A DNA stretch of 28,589 nt. It comes from Flavobacteriales bacterium. Lineage in GTDB: Bacteria > Bacteroidota > Bacteroidia > Flavobacteriales > Flavobacteriaceae. Each line of letters opens with the position of its first letter. Position 1 is the stretch's first letter. Under the pieces are notes generated by a model. The model saw only the letters and a program-made list of their open reading frames with translations. It did no database searches and had not been told where the DNA came from. Shown here in pieces: positions 19,990 to 28,589 of this stretch. Location of the stretch: contig SGZK01000001.1 of assembly GCA_004214195.1 (NCBI GenBank), positions 1 to 28,589 on the forward strand. Reading direction: 5' to 3'. The position numbers and the translations under genes are program-made.

Positions 19990-20917
19990 TATTTATTTTG
20001 GTAATTATTAATGTATTTTTATTTTTTGTCATCTTATAATATGGTGAAGATATATATTTCCCAGAATCAGAGTCAAATAGTTTTATGACCTCTTTATAGT
20101 TAAATTGAAATTCTTTGAACAATTCATGAATGTAGAAGTCTCTTGGAAATAAATTTTCTAATTCATAAATATTTGTAATGATAGTATCTCCTTCTCTAAA
20201 AAAATTTATCTCTTTCCATTCAGCACAAACATGTTCAATAAATATACTAGTCTTATTTAAATTTTTAATTGTAGTCCTAAATTTTAATAAAACATTTTTG
20301 TCATCTGATTTTAAATAAGGTATAACCGAATGTCTAATTTTATTTCTTAAATAATCCTCTTTTTCATTTGAAGAGTCCTCATTATAATTTATTTTATTTA
20401 ACTCAGCATACTGGATTATTTGATTTTTAGAAGTCATTAAAAGTGGTCTAATAATGTTATTAACATTATTTGGAATACCTAACAATCCTTCAATTCCTGT
20501 TCCTCTTATTGAATTGATAATAAAAGTTTCTAACTGATCATCTAGATGGTGAGCAGTGACAATAAAATCAACCTTTCCTTTTTCTATAAAACTTCCAAAC
20601 CATTCATATCTTAATTTTCTTGCTCCCATTTGGACAGTTAACTTTTGTTCTTTACAATAGTCTTTTGTATTAAATTTTTTTACAAAAAATTCTATATTAT
20701 TAATTTCACACCAGTCTGAAAGGACTTTTTGATCACTTTCACTTTCTTTACCCCTGAGTTGAAAATTACAATGAGCGATAGAAAAATCTAACTTATTAGA
20801 TAAAAATAAGTTAGCCAAAACCATACTATCAACACCTCCGCTAACAGCTAGTAAAAACTTAGAGTCCTTATAAGGGTTTATCTCAGAAATAAATATTTGT
20901 TCTAAATTCTCTTTCAC
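19982..20917 (-). CDS. tilS: tRNA(Ile)-lysidine synthetase, short form
   Basis: PP-loop AVSGGVDS, AHCNFQLRG, ARKLRY, TAHHLDDQLET, IIRPLL, EDSSN, RNKIRH. GTG start, 311 aa. Confidence 0.95.
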   Translation of the reverse strand: MKENLEQIFISEINPYKDSKFLLAVSGGVDSMVLANLFLSNKLDFSIAHCNFQLRGKESESDQKVLSDWCEINNIEFFVKKFNTKDYCKEQKLTVQMGARKLRYEWFGSFIEKGKVDFIVTAHHLDDQLETFIINSIRGTGIEGLLGIPNNVNNIIRPLLMTSKNQIIQYAELNKINYNEDSSNEKEDYLRNKIRHSVIPYLKSDDKNVLLKFRTTIKNLNKTSIFIEHVCAEWKEINFFREGDTIITNIYELENLFPRDFYIHELFKEFQFNYKEVIKLFDSDSGKYISSPYYKMTKNKNTLIITKINND

Positions 20918-20921
20918 CTTG

Positions 20922-20929
20922 CAAAATTA
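20922..20929 (-). promoter_or_regulatory. -7 element (TAATTTTG) for tilS-dsbD
   Basis: Exact TAnnTTTG followed by CA, ending 4 nt before the GTG at 20917. Confidence 0.6.
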
Positions 20930-21004
20930 AATAAACTTTTAGTCAAATAAGTATATTCATATAGCATACTTAAATATTTTTGTTTAAACTTGTAAAAAAA
21001 AAAA

Positions 21005-22462
21005 TTGAAAGAGTCTCAAAAAAAGAACTTACCCTTATCGGTTGCAATTTTACCTCTTTTGTTTTTGGTAACATTACTATCATTTAATTTATATGCAAAT
21101 ATATTTATATACGAAACTGATCCACTTGATGGATCTAGTCAGTTTATTTTAATGCTAAGTGGTGCTTTTGCTGCAATGATAGGTATGAAATATAACATAT
21201 CTTATAAAGAAGTAATAAATAGTATTTCAAATAGTGTTAAATCTGTTACTCCAGCTTTAATAATACTTCTTTGGGTAGGAGCTCTAGCTGGAACATGGAT
21301 GATAAGTGGGATTATTCCTTCTATGGTTTATTACGGATTAAAATTACTAGATCCAAATATCTTTCTTCCTGCTTGTATAATAATTTGTTCAATTATATCT
21401 GTAGCAACAGGAAGTAGCTGGACTACTTCAGCAACAGTAGGAATAGCTCTTGTAGGGATTGGCAAGGCCCTTGGCATACCTGCAGGAATGGTTGGAGGAG
21501 CTGTAATTTCTGGAGCCTATTTTGGGGATAAATTATCTCCACTTAGTGATACTACAAACCTAGCTGCAGCTGTTACTAAAGTTGATCTTTTTAGACATAT
21601 AAAATATCTTACATATACTACTGTTCCAAGTATTTCAATAACTTTAATTGTCTTTATAATTCTTGGAATTTTACAAACATCCGATGGAGTTACTGATAAT
21701 TCTTTTTTAATTGATACAATTTCAAAAACATTTAATATTTCATTAATTCTTTTTATAGTTCCTGTTATTGTTTTGATTATGATTGTAAAAAAGACACCAC
21801 CTATTAGAGCGCTTACAATTGGAACACTTTTAGGTGCATTATTTGCAATTATTTTTCAACCACAAATAATAATGGAACTTTCCAATTCTTCAACTATGAC
21901 AATTATGGGTTCATATAAAGTTCTTGTTGATACAATAACTACTAGTGTTAATATTCCTACTGACAGTGAAGTATTAAATGAATTATTTTCAACTAGAGGA
22001 ATGATAGGAATGCTACCCACTATTTTTCTAGTAATAGCAACAATGGTGTTTGGAGGTGCAATGGATGCAATAGGGGCAATTAAATCTATTAGTAAATCCT
22101 TATTAAAATTGGCAGATAGTGTATTTAAATTATTTGCAAGCACTGTAGCATCTTGTCTAGCATTGAACCTAACAGCTTCAGATCAATACCTATCTATTGT
22201 AGTATCTGGTAAAATGTTTGACAAAGCATTTAATGATAAAGGACTTGCCCCTGAAAACTTAAGTAGAACACTAGAAGACTCTGCAACTGTTACTTCAGCT
22301 CTTGTTCCATGGAATTCATGTGGAGCATATCACTCTTCAGTTTTAGGTGTTAGTGTGATTGAATACTTTATATATGCAATTTTTAATTGGATTAGCCCAT
22401 TCATGACTTTAATATATGCAGCTCTTAGAATAAAAATTAGGACTTTAACTGATAAAAATTAA
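21005..22462 (+). CDS. nhaC: NhaC-family Na+/H+ antiporter (the family also includes amino-acid transporters)
   Basis: Polytopic membrane protein with TGSSWTT, SGAYFGDKLSPLSDTTNLA, SRTLEDSAT, LVPWNSCG. TTG start after an A11 run; the upstream frame is closed by TAA at 20993. Confidence 0.9.
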   Translation: MKESQKKNLPLSVAILPLLFLVTLLSFNLYANIFIYETDPLDGSSQFILMLSGAFAAMIGMKYNISYKEVINSISNSVKSVTPALIILLWVGALAGTWMISGIIPSMVYYGLKLLDPNIFLPACIIICSIISVATGSSWTTSATVGIALVGIGKALGIPAGMVGGAVISGAYFGDKLSPLSDTTNLAAAVTKVDLFRHIKYLTYTTVPSISITLIVFIILGILQTSDGVTDNSFLIDTISKTFNISLILFIVPVIVLIMIVKKTPPIRALTIGTLLGALFAIIFQPQIIMELSNSSTMTIMGSYKVLVDTITTSVNIPTDSEVLNELFSTRGMIGMLPTIFLVIATMVFGGAMDAIGAIKSISKSLLKLADSVFKLFASTVASCLALNLTASDQYLSIVVSGKMFDKAFNDKGLAPENLSRTLEDSATVTSALVPWNSCGAYHSSVLGVSVIEYFIYAIFNWISPFMTLIYAALRIKIRTLTDKN

Positions 22463-22504
22463 ATTTCTGATTACATATTTGTATTTTTACTTAACAAACT
22501 TTTT

Positions 22505-24697
22505 ATGAGTAAGAAAAAAAAGAGTAATAAAAGTAAACTTTTAGTCCTATTAGGTTTTCTCTTATTATTCATTTCTATTATACTTGCAATCTCCTTTATA
22601 TCTTATTTCCTTAATTGGAAAGTTGATCAAAGTAATGTTTCAGAATTTCTAGATAGAAGTGTTAAAACTGAGAATTACCTTGGTAAGATAGGTGCAACAT
22701 TAAGTCATTTCTTCATATATAAATTGTTTGGAATTGCTAGCTTTATTATTCCTATAATATTATCTATTACATCCTATTATTTATTATTAGAAAAGAAAAT
22801 TTTTCAATTAATTGGTAGTTGGACTTGGGCAATAATATTTATTCTATGGATTTCTACATTAGCTGGATATATTCAAGAAATCTACTCAATCCCAGAAGGG
22901 ATTGTTGGTTTCGAAATAAATAAGTTTTTACTTGATTATATTGGAAATATTGGAATAGTTCTTTTACTATCTTTTTCAGGATTAAGTTTTTTAGTAATCA
23001 AATTAAACATTACACCTAAAAAGTCTATTAATTTTATAAAAAAAATATTTAAAACAAAAGATTTAAATCAAAGTGAAGAAATATTCAAACCAGAGACTAT
23101 AGATAATGAATTCATTGATAATTATAATGAAGAAATATCAATTGAAATTCAAGATGAAATTCCAGAAACTAAATCTGAAACTAAATATGAGACTAGTAAT
23201 AAATTTTTTGACCCTAAGCTAGATCTCAGCAATTATAAGCACCCTAGTTTAGATTTATTAAAAGATTATGGAGATGGTACAATTAAAATTGATCAAGATG
23301 AACTGGATTCAAATAAAAATAAGATAGTTGAGACTTTAAAAAATTATAATATAGGTATAAAACAAATCAAAGCCACTATTGGTCCAACTGTCACCTTATA
23401 TGAAATTATACCTAATGCTGGAGTACGTATTTCTAAAATTAAAAGCCTTGAAGATGATATTGCTTTATCATTATCTGCATTAGGTATTAGAATAATAGCT
23501 CCTATTCCTGGAAAAGGAACAATTGGAATTGAAGTGCCAAATCAAAAAAAGTCAATTGTTTCAATGAAATCTTTAATTTCTTCTAAGAAATTTTCTGAAG
23601 CTGAAATGGAATTACCAATTGCTCTTGGAAAAACTATTAGTAATGAAACATTTGTTGTTGACTTAACTAAAATGCCTCATTTATTAATGGCAGGGGCTAC
23701 TGGTCAAGGTAAATCAGTTGGTGTTAATGCTATTTTATGCTCTATTCTATATAAAAAGCATCCCGCAGAAGTAAAATTTGTTTTAGTTGATCCAAAAAAA
23801 ATTGAATTATCTATATATAGCAAAATTGAAAAACATTATCTAGCTAAACTTCCAGATTCAGAAAATGCAATAATAATTGATAATGACAGGGTTATTAATA
23901 CATTAAATTCTTTATGTAGAGAGATGGATAAAAGATATGAGTTATTAAAAAATGCCATGGCCAGGAACATAAAAGAATATAACTCAAAATTTGTGTCAAA
24001 AACTTTAAATCCAGAAGAAGGCCATATGTACTTGCCATATATAGTATTAGTAATTGATGAGTTTGCAGATTTAATTATGACATCAGGTAAAGAAATTGAA
24101 ACACCATTGGCTAGATTAGCTCAACTTTCTAGAGCTGTTGGAATTCATTTAATCATTGCTACTCAAAGACCTTCTGTAAATGTTATAACTGGTTTAATAA
24201 AAGCTAACTTTCCAGCAAGGATTGCCTATAGAGTTACCTCAAAAATTGATTCAAGAACAATATTAGATAATGGTGGAGCTGAACAACTTATTGGAAGAGG
24301 TGATTTACTTTACTCACAATCAAATACTCTAACAAGAATTCAATGTGGTTTTATAGATTCTCCGGAGGTAGAAAAGATATCTGAATTTATTGGTTCTCAA
24401 ATAGGTTATCCAAATGCCTATGAGCTTCCTGAATTTACAAAAGAAGAAAAATCTAATTCTGAATCTGTTTCCGGAGAAAGAGATCCAATGTTTAATGAAG
24501 CTGCAAGAGTAATTGTTTCTCATCAACAAGGATCGGCATCTCTTTTACAAAGAAAGTTAAAACTTGGTTATAATAGGGCTGGTAGAATAATTGATCAAAT
24601 GGAAGAGGCTGGAATAGTTGGTCCATTTGAAGGAAGTAAAGCTAGACAAGTTTTTGTTACAGATCTAAATTCATTAGAAAACATTCTTAGTGATTAG
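22505..24697 (+). CDS. ftsK: DNA translocase FtsK/SpoIIIE
   Basis: N-terminal TM domain, Walker A GATGQGKS, DPKKIEL, Walker B VIDEFADL, ATQRPS, gamma domain SASLLQRKLKLGYNRAGRIID. Confidence 0.97.
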   Translation: MSKKKKSNKSKLLVLLGFLLLFISIILAISFISYFLNWKVDQSNVSEFLDRSVKTENYLGKIGATLSHFFIYKLFGIASFIIPIILSITSYYLLLEKKIFQLIGSWTWAIIFILWISTLAGYIQEIYSIPEGIVGFEINKFLLDYIGNIGIVLLLSFSGLSFLVIKLNITPKKSINFIKKIFKTKDLNQSEEIFKPETIDNEFIDNYNEEISIEIQDEIPETKSETKYETSNKFFDPKLDLSNYKHPSLDLLKDYGDGTIKIDQDELDSNKNKIVETLKNYNIGIKQIKATIGPTVTLYEIIPNAGVRISKIKSLEDDIALSLSALGIRIIAPIPGKGTIGIEVPNQKKSIVSMKSLISSKKFSEAEMELPIALGKTISNETFVVDLTKMPHLLMAGATGQGKSVGVNAILCSILYKKHPAEVKFVLVDPKKIELSIYSKIEKHYLAKLPDSENAIIIDNDRVINTLNSLCREMDKRYELLKNAMARNIKEYNSKFVSKTLNPEEGHMYLPYIVLVIDEFADLIMTSGKEIETPLARLAQLSRAVGIHLIIATQRPSVNVITGLIKANFPARIAYRVTSKIDSRTILDNGGAEQLIGRGDLLYSQSNTLTRIQCGFIDSPEVEKISEFIGSQIGYPNAYELPEFTKEEKSNSESVSGERDPMFNEAARVIVSHQQGSASLLQRKLKLGYNRAGRIIDQMEEAGIVGPFEGSKARQVFVTDLNSLENILSD

Positions 24698-25343
24698 TAG
24701 ACAATTTACTCATATATCAATAATTACTTTTATACTATTTAATAGTAGTTTGATTGCTCAAACTGATAAACCCTATGAACTCTTAGATAGAGTTAAAAAG
24801 AATATATCGTCAAAAAATATACATTATGAGTTTATTATTGAAAATAATTTACCAGAAATTAATAATTCAATTAATGGTAACCTTTATTTAAGTAGTGAAA
24901 AATATGTTCTTTTAACAAGTGATATTGAACAAATATTTGATGGAGAGAAAACTTATACAATAATTCATGAAAATGAAGAAGTTCTAATTGATAATAAAGA
25001 AAACTCAATTCTATCCCTAAAACCTGATATATTATTTGATTTCTTAAATGATAAGTATAAATTAAGCATGATAAAGACAACTATAAATACATCTACTATA
25101 AAAGCTGAAGATAACAATAACCCTGGTCAATTTTATGAAATATCAATTAACGTTAATGATTTATCAATAATACATATAAAACAAGGTCGAGAAGTCATTG
25201 TTCTTGATGATAAAAGTTTTGAAATTGGATATTATAATATATTTAAAACTATAAGTTACTCATACAATATCGTTCTTCCACTTTCTTTTTTTAAATTTGA
25301 TAAAGAGAAATACAAAGAGTATTATTTAAGCATTTTAGATTGA
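24690..25343 (+). CDS. lolA: LolA-like outer-membrane lipoprotein carrier protein
   Basis: Signal peptide (…SSLIA|QTD), EQIFDGEKTYTIIHENEEV and the C-terminal F-x-F motif. Sits in the conserved position downstream of ftsK. GTG start. Divergent sequence. Confidence 0.75.
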   Translation: MISRQFTHISIITFILFNSSLIAQTDKPYELLDRVKKNISSKNIHYEFIIENNLPEINNSINGNLYLSSEKYVLLTSDIEQIFDGEKTYTIIHENEEVLIDNKENSILSLKPDILFDFLNDKYKLSMIKTTINTSTIKAEDNNNPGQFYEISINVNDLSIIHIKQGREVIVLDDKSFEIGYYNIFKTISYSYNIVLPLSFFKFDKEKYKEYYLSILD

Positions 25344-26767
25344 AGATTCTAGATAAATATATAATAAAGTCATATTTTTTAAGACTTATTGGAGTTTTTG
25401 CAATATGTTTTATAATTTTTATTATTCAAACATTCTGGCTTTATGTTGATGAATTAGCCGGTAAGGGTTTAGACTTATATACTATTGGAAAATTCTTTAT
25501 TTATTTTTCTCCTAAATTAGTTCCTCTAGTACTCCCATTATCAGTTCTTTTAGCCTCTTTGATGACATATGGAACTCTTTCTGAAAATTCTGAATTTATA
25601 GCAATGAAATCGAATGGGATTTCTATACTAAGGACAATGGTTGGGTTGATAATTTTCCATATTTTTCTTGGAATTGGCACATTTTATTTTTCAAATTATA
25701 TTGTAACGTATGGAGAGCTTAAATCATATAATCTAAGAAAAAATCTTGCAAAACTTGAACCTACGCTTGCCATAAGAGAAGGGATGTTCAATAATATAGG
25801 AGATATGAATATAAAGGTTAACAGAAAATATGGAGATAATGAACAGTATTTAGAGGATATAATTCTTCATAAAATTAATTTTGATGATGAGATAAATAGA
25901 ATTGTTATTAAAGCTGAATCAGGAGAGATTACAAGTAATAACGAGAATTACCTACAACTAATTTTAAAAAATGGAAATAGATATGAAGAAGTTATAGCTG
26001 AAGATGCAGCTAGTAAAGAGAAATATCCTCATGCGAAAGTTTATTTTGAAGAGTATTTATTAAACATAGATATCTCTGAATTTAATAATGTTGACTTAAA
26101 TGAAGAAAATTATAGATCAACATACAAAATGCAAAAAATTAGTCAATTAAAAACTAGTATAGATACACTAAAAACTAATTTTGAAAGAGACAAAGAGGTA
26201 TTTAGTGTTAGTGTAACTAATAGTCATCCTCTTAAGAGGCTTCCTAACTTAGATAATAATAAATTAACAGATATAAATAAACCTATTTTTGATTTTATGA
26301 AATCAAAAGAAAACTATGATATTATTAATGTTCTCCAAAATTCAGAAAATGAAGTTGATATATTATTAAGACAAATAAATAATAAAAAGAAAAGCTACTT
26401 TCTTCAACAAAAATTAATTAACCTTCACACCTTAACAATAAATGAAAAGTACACTCTCATTTTTGGATGTATCTTTTTGTTTTTAATTGGTGCCTCTATT
26501 GGAGCTATAATAAGAAAGGGGGGGATTGGATTACCTTTAGTTCTTTCAATTTCTATCTTTCTAACATATCATTATATTGGAGTTTTTGGAAAAAATGCTG
26601 CTGAGGATAGCACAATAAATCCATATCTAGGCAGTTGGATATCAACACTTGTCATAGCTCCTTTTGCAATTTATTTAACTCGAATAATTTCCCTTGATCG
26701 AGACTTTAACTTTATTAATTTAGATAGGTTTTTAATCTTTTTTAGAAGACTATATAAGAAGAAATAA
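25340..26767 (+). CDS. LptF/LptG-family LPS export permease
   Basis: MKILDKYI, SENSEFIAMKSNGIS, periplasmic domain, IGAIIRKGGIG. TTG start overlapping the lolA stop (TTGA). Confidence 0.92.
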   Translation: MKILDKYIIKSYFLRLIGVFAICFIIFIIQTFWLYVDELAGKGLDLYTIGKFFIYFSPKLVPLVLPLSVLLASLMTYGTLSENSEFIAMKSNGISILRTMVGLIIFHIFLGIGTFYFSNYIVTYGELKSYNLRKNLAKLEPTLAIREGMFNNIGDMNIKVNRKYGDNEQYLEDIILHKINFDDEINRIVIKAESGEITSNNENYLQLILKNGNRYEEVIAEDAASKEKYPHAKVYFEEYLLNIDISEFNNVDLNEENYRSTYKMQKISQLKTSIDTLKTNFERDKEVFSVSVTNSHPLKRLPNLDNNKLTDINKPIFDFMKSKENYDIINVLQNSENEVDILLRQINNKKKSYFLQQKLINLHTLTINEKYTLIFGCIFLFLIGASIGAIIRKGGIGLPLVLSISIFLTYHYIGVFGKNAAEDSTINPYLGSWISTLVIAPFAIYLTRIISLDRDFNFINLDRFLIFFRRLYKKK

Positions 26768-27897
26768 TGGATGATATTAAATTAAATAAAATTCAAGATG
26801 CAATTGATGCAATAAAGAAAGGTGAAATCATTATTGTTGTTGATGATGAAAACAGAGAAAATGAGGGAGATTTTATTGCTGCTGCAGAAATGATAAATTC
26901 CTCAATGATAAACTTCATGGCTAAATATGGTAGGGGATTAATTTGTGTCCCTATGTCTGAAAAACTCTGTAATAATCTTGATCTAAAAAAAATGGTCCCT
27001 AATAATACTGACCCATTTGAAACTGCATTCACTGTCTCAGTTGATTTAAAAGGAAATGGAGTGACTTCTGGAATTTCTGCAGCTGATAGAGCTAAAACAG
27101 TTTTAGCTTTAGTAGACAATAAAACTAAACCCAGAGACTTAACAAGGCCAGGACATGTTTTTCCTTTAATTGCCAGAGAAGGTGGAGTTTTAAGAAGAAC
27201 AGGCCATACAGAAGCATCTATTGATTTTTCTAGACTTGCGGGTTTAAAATCCGCAGGTGTATTGTGTGAGATTATGAATGATGATGGTACTATGTCTAGG
27301 TTACCAGAACTTATTAAAGTTGCTAAAAAATTTAATCTAAAAATAGTCTCTATCGAAGATTTAATAGCATATAGGATGAAAAACGATAGTTTAATATCTA
27401 AAATTTTTGATGAAAACATTTCTACAGAGCATGGAAGTTATAGATTAAGAGGATATAGACAAACAAATAACAATCAAATACATCTTGCATTAACTCTCGG
27501 GGAATGGGAACCATATGAACCGGTTTTAACTAGAATCAACTCTTCAGTTGTAGAAAATGATATTTTAAAAATTCTAGCTGGTAATAATGATAAAAACTAT
27601 TCTAAAATTTTTGAAAAAATAAATGAAGCTGGAAAAGGTGCTATTATATTTATTAATCAAAATCTAGAGCCTGAAAATATTCTTGAGAGAATCAATAAAT
27701 TAAAAGATTCAAATAATAAATTAAAAATTAACAATTCACTTAATCAAAAAGAGGATCTAAAAGACTTTGGAATAGGAGCACAAATAATTCATGATATAGG
27801 TATTTCAAAGATTAAAATATTAAGTAATTCAGGGAAAAAACCAAGAGTAGGATTATCTGGTTATGGTTTAAGTATAGATGAATACATTAAGTATTAA
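26767..27897 (+). CDS. ribB: 3,4-dihydroxy-2-butanone-4-phosphate synthase fused to a degenerate GTP cyclohydrolase II domain (RibBX type)
   Basis: DDENRENEGD, TAFTVSVD, GISAADRA, PGHVFPL, RRTGHTEAS, LCEIMNDDG are intact. The C-terminal domain keeps DFGIGAQII and KILSN but has no Cys. Confidence 0.93.
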   Translation: MDDIKLNKIQDAIDAIKKGEIIIVVDDENRENEGDFIAAAEMINSSMINFMAKYGRGLICVPMSEKLCNNLDLKKMVPNNTDPFETAFTVSVDLKGNGVTSGISAADRAKTVLALVDNKTKPRDLTRPGHVFPLIAREGGVLRRTGHTEASIDFSRLAGLKSAGVLCEIMNDDGTMSRLPELIKVAKKFNLKIVSIEDLIAYRMKNDSLISKIFDENISTEHGSYRLRGYRQTNNNQIHLALTLGEWEPYEPVLTRINSSVVENDILKILAGNNDKNYSKIFEKINEAGKGAIIFINQNLEPENILERINKLKDSNNKLKINNSLNQKEDLKDFGIGAQIIHDIGISKIKILSNSGKKPRVGLSGYGLSIDEYIKY

Positions 27898-28589
27898 ATG
27901 TATCTAACCACAACTTTATAGCCATATATGTAACCATAATCAAAAGTGTAATTCTGATTACTCTATCACCCTTATCGACAGACCACCTACTTGAGAGCCA
28001 AGCACCTACAATTGAGCCTAATACCATCCAAAGACCAACCATCCAAATAATTTTTCCATCTAATGCAAAAATTGCTATCGCAGCTATAGAATAGAAAAAA
28101 ACTGAGAATGCCTTTACTGAATTTGTCCTAATCAGACTTAATCTACTTACTTGAGTAAGAAGAAGCATAATAATAATTCCTACTCCAGCCTGAAGAAATC
28201 CACCGTAAATTCCTATAAAAAAGAAACCAATTAATGCTGCTACTAGATATTTACCTGATAGTCTTTCAGGCAAATCAAGAGATGCTATTGATTTAGATCT
28301 AAACACTATAATTAAACCAACGCTTATCATTATAATTGCAAGGAATCTTTTAAATGTATCACCATCAATATCTATTGCTATTTTTGCTCCAATTATAGCT
28401 CCAAAAGTAGCTGCAATACCAAAATATAAGCCATATGGATGTGTGCTGACACCCTTACTTTTATACCCATAACTTGCAACAATAGCAGCTACAATAACCA
28501 TTAATCTATTCGTTCCATTTGCTGTAGCCTCATCAAGACCTAAGAATAAAATCAAAACAGGTAATGTAACTAAAGAACCACCACCTGCA
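27887..28589 (-). CDS. Sulfite exporter TauE/SafE (TSUP) family membrane protein, 5'-truncated by the window edge
   Basis: The frame is open past the track's start to the edge (AGGGSLVTLPVLILFLG...ANGTNR). Second repeat GIYGGFLQAGVG; GSIVGAWL. Confidence 0.9.
   Translation of the reverse strand, partial: AGGGSLVTLPVLILFLGLDEATANGTNRLMVIVAAIVASYGYKSKGVSTHPYGLYFGIAATFGAIIGAKIAIDIDGDTFKRFLAIIMISVGLIIVFRSKSIASLDLPERLSGKYLVAALIGFFFIGIYGGFLQAGVGIIIMLLLTQVSRLSLIRTNSVKAFSVFFYSIAAIAIFALDGKIIWMVGLWMVLGSIVGAWLSSRWSVDKGDRVIRITLLIMVTYMAIKLWLDTFNT

Noticed and set aside
23165-23197. 12-bp tandem repeat GAAACTAAAT(CT/AT) in ftsK, encoding ETKS-ETKY-ETS
   Set aside because: About 2.7 degenerate in-frame copies in the low-complexity linker, where such duplications are common. 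Not a CRISPR or contingency repeat.
22505-23552. In-phase A_AAA_AAG heptamers in ftsK (near the start, and at QKK before SIVSMK)
   Set aside because: The -1 shift at the first site meets TAA within two codons and no useful product is evident. Kept only as a background control for the ilvN site.
19274-25080. ORFs 19274-19618, 21856-22143, 24329-24529 and 24871-25080
   Set aside because: Each lies antisense inside a well-supported gene (dsbD, nhaC, ftsK, lolA).
26740-26770. FMN riboswitch upstream of ribB
   Set aside because: There is no intergenic space (TAATG overlap) and no RFN-like sequence.
26793-27419. 208-aa antisense ORF inside ribB
   Set aside because: It lies in the antisense frame whose third codon positions coincide with those of ribB, where long shadow ORFs are common. 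No motifs.
1-28589. Mobile elements, CRISPR, tRNA/rRNA, alternative genetic code
   Set aside because: No transposase, integrase or repeat-spacer array. Gaps are too short or too AT-rich for structural RNAs. TAA, TAG and TGA all end genes at plausible positions.

Overview
A very AT-rich (roughly 28% GC by eye) and very dense (about 98% coding, 602 intergenic bp by my start calls) stretch of core chromosome. Protein families, gene order and TAnnTTTG promoter boxes point to a Flavobacteriales/Bacteroidota genome, probably a streamlined one. It holds 23 CDS: partial dnaK (absent from the ORF track), panB, an RluA-family synthase, an uncharacterised 523-aa TPR-like protein, a leuA-leuC-leuD-cimA-leuB operon converging on ilvD-ilvB-ilvN-ilvC, an ALDH and a nitroreductase, dsbD, tilS, an NhaC-family transporter, ftsK-lolA-lptF/G-ribBX, and a partial TauE/SafE transporter. 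I found no mobile element, CRISPR array, rRNA, tRNA or riboswitch, and no clearly novel multi-gene system. The best leads are regulatory and all are hypotheses: (1) the TPR-like protein divergent from a regulatory-domain-less leuA across a nested inverted repeat, as a candidate regulator/operator pair; (2) a sigma54-like promoter with clustered TGACA/TGTCA palindromes upstream of dnaK; (3) a possible Ile/Leu/Val-rich leader ORF upstream of ilvD; (4) an in-phase A_AAA_AAG heptamer that could fuse IlvN to IlvC.
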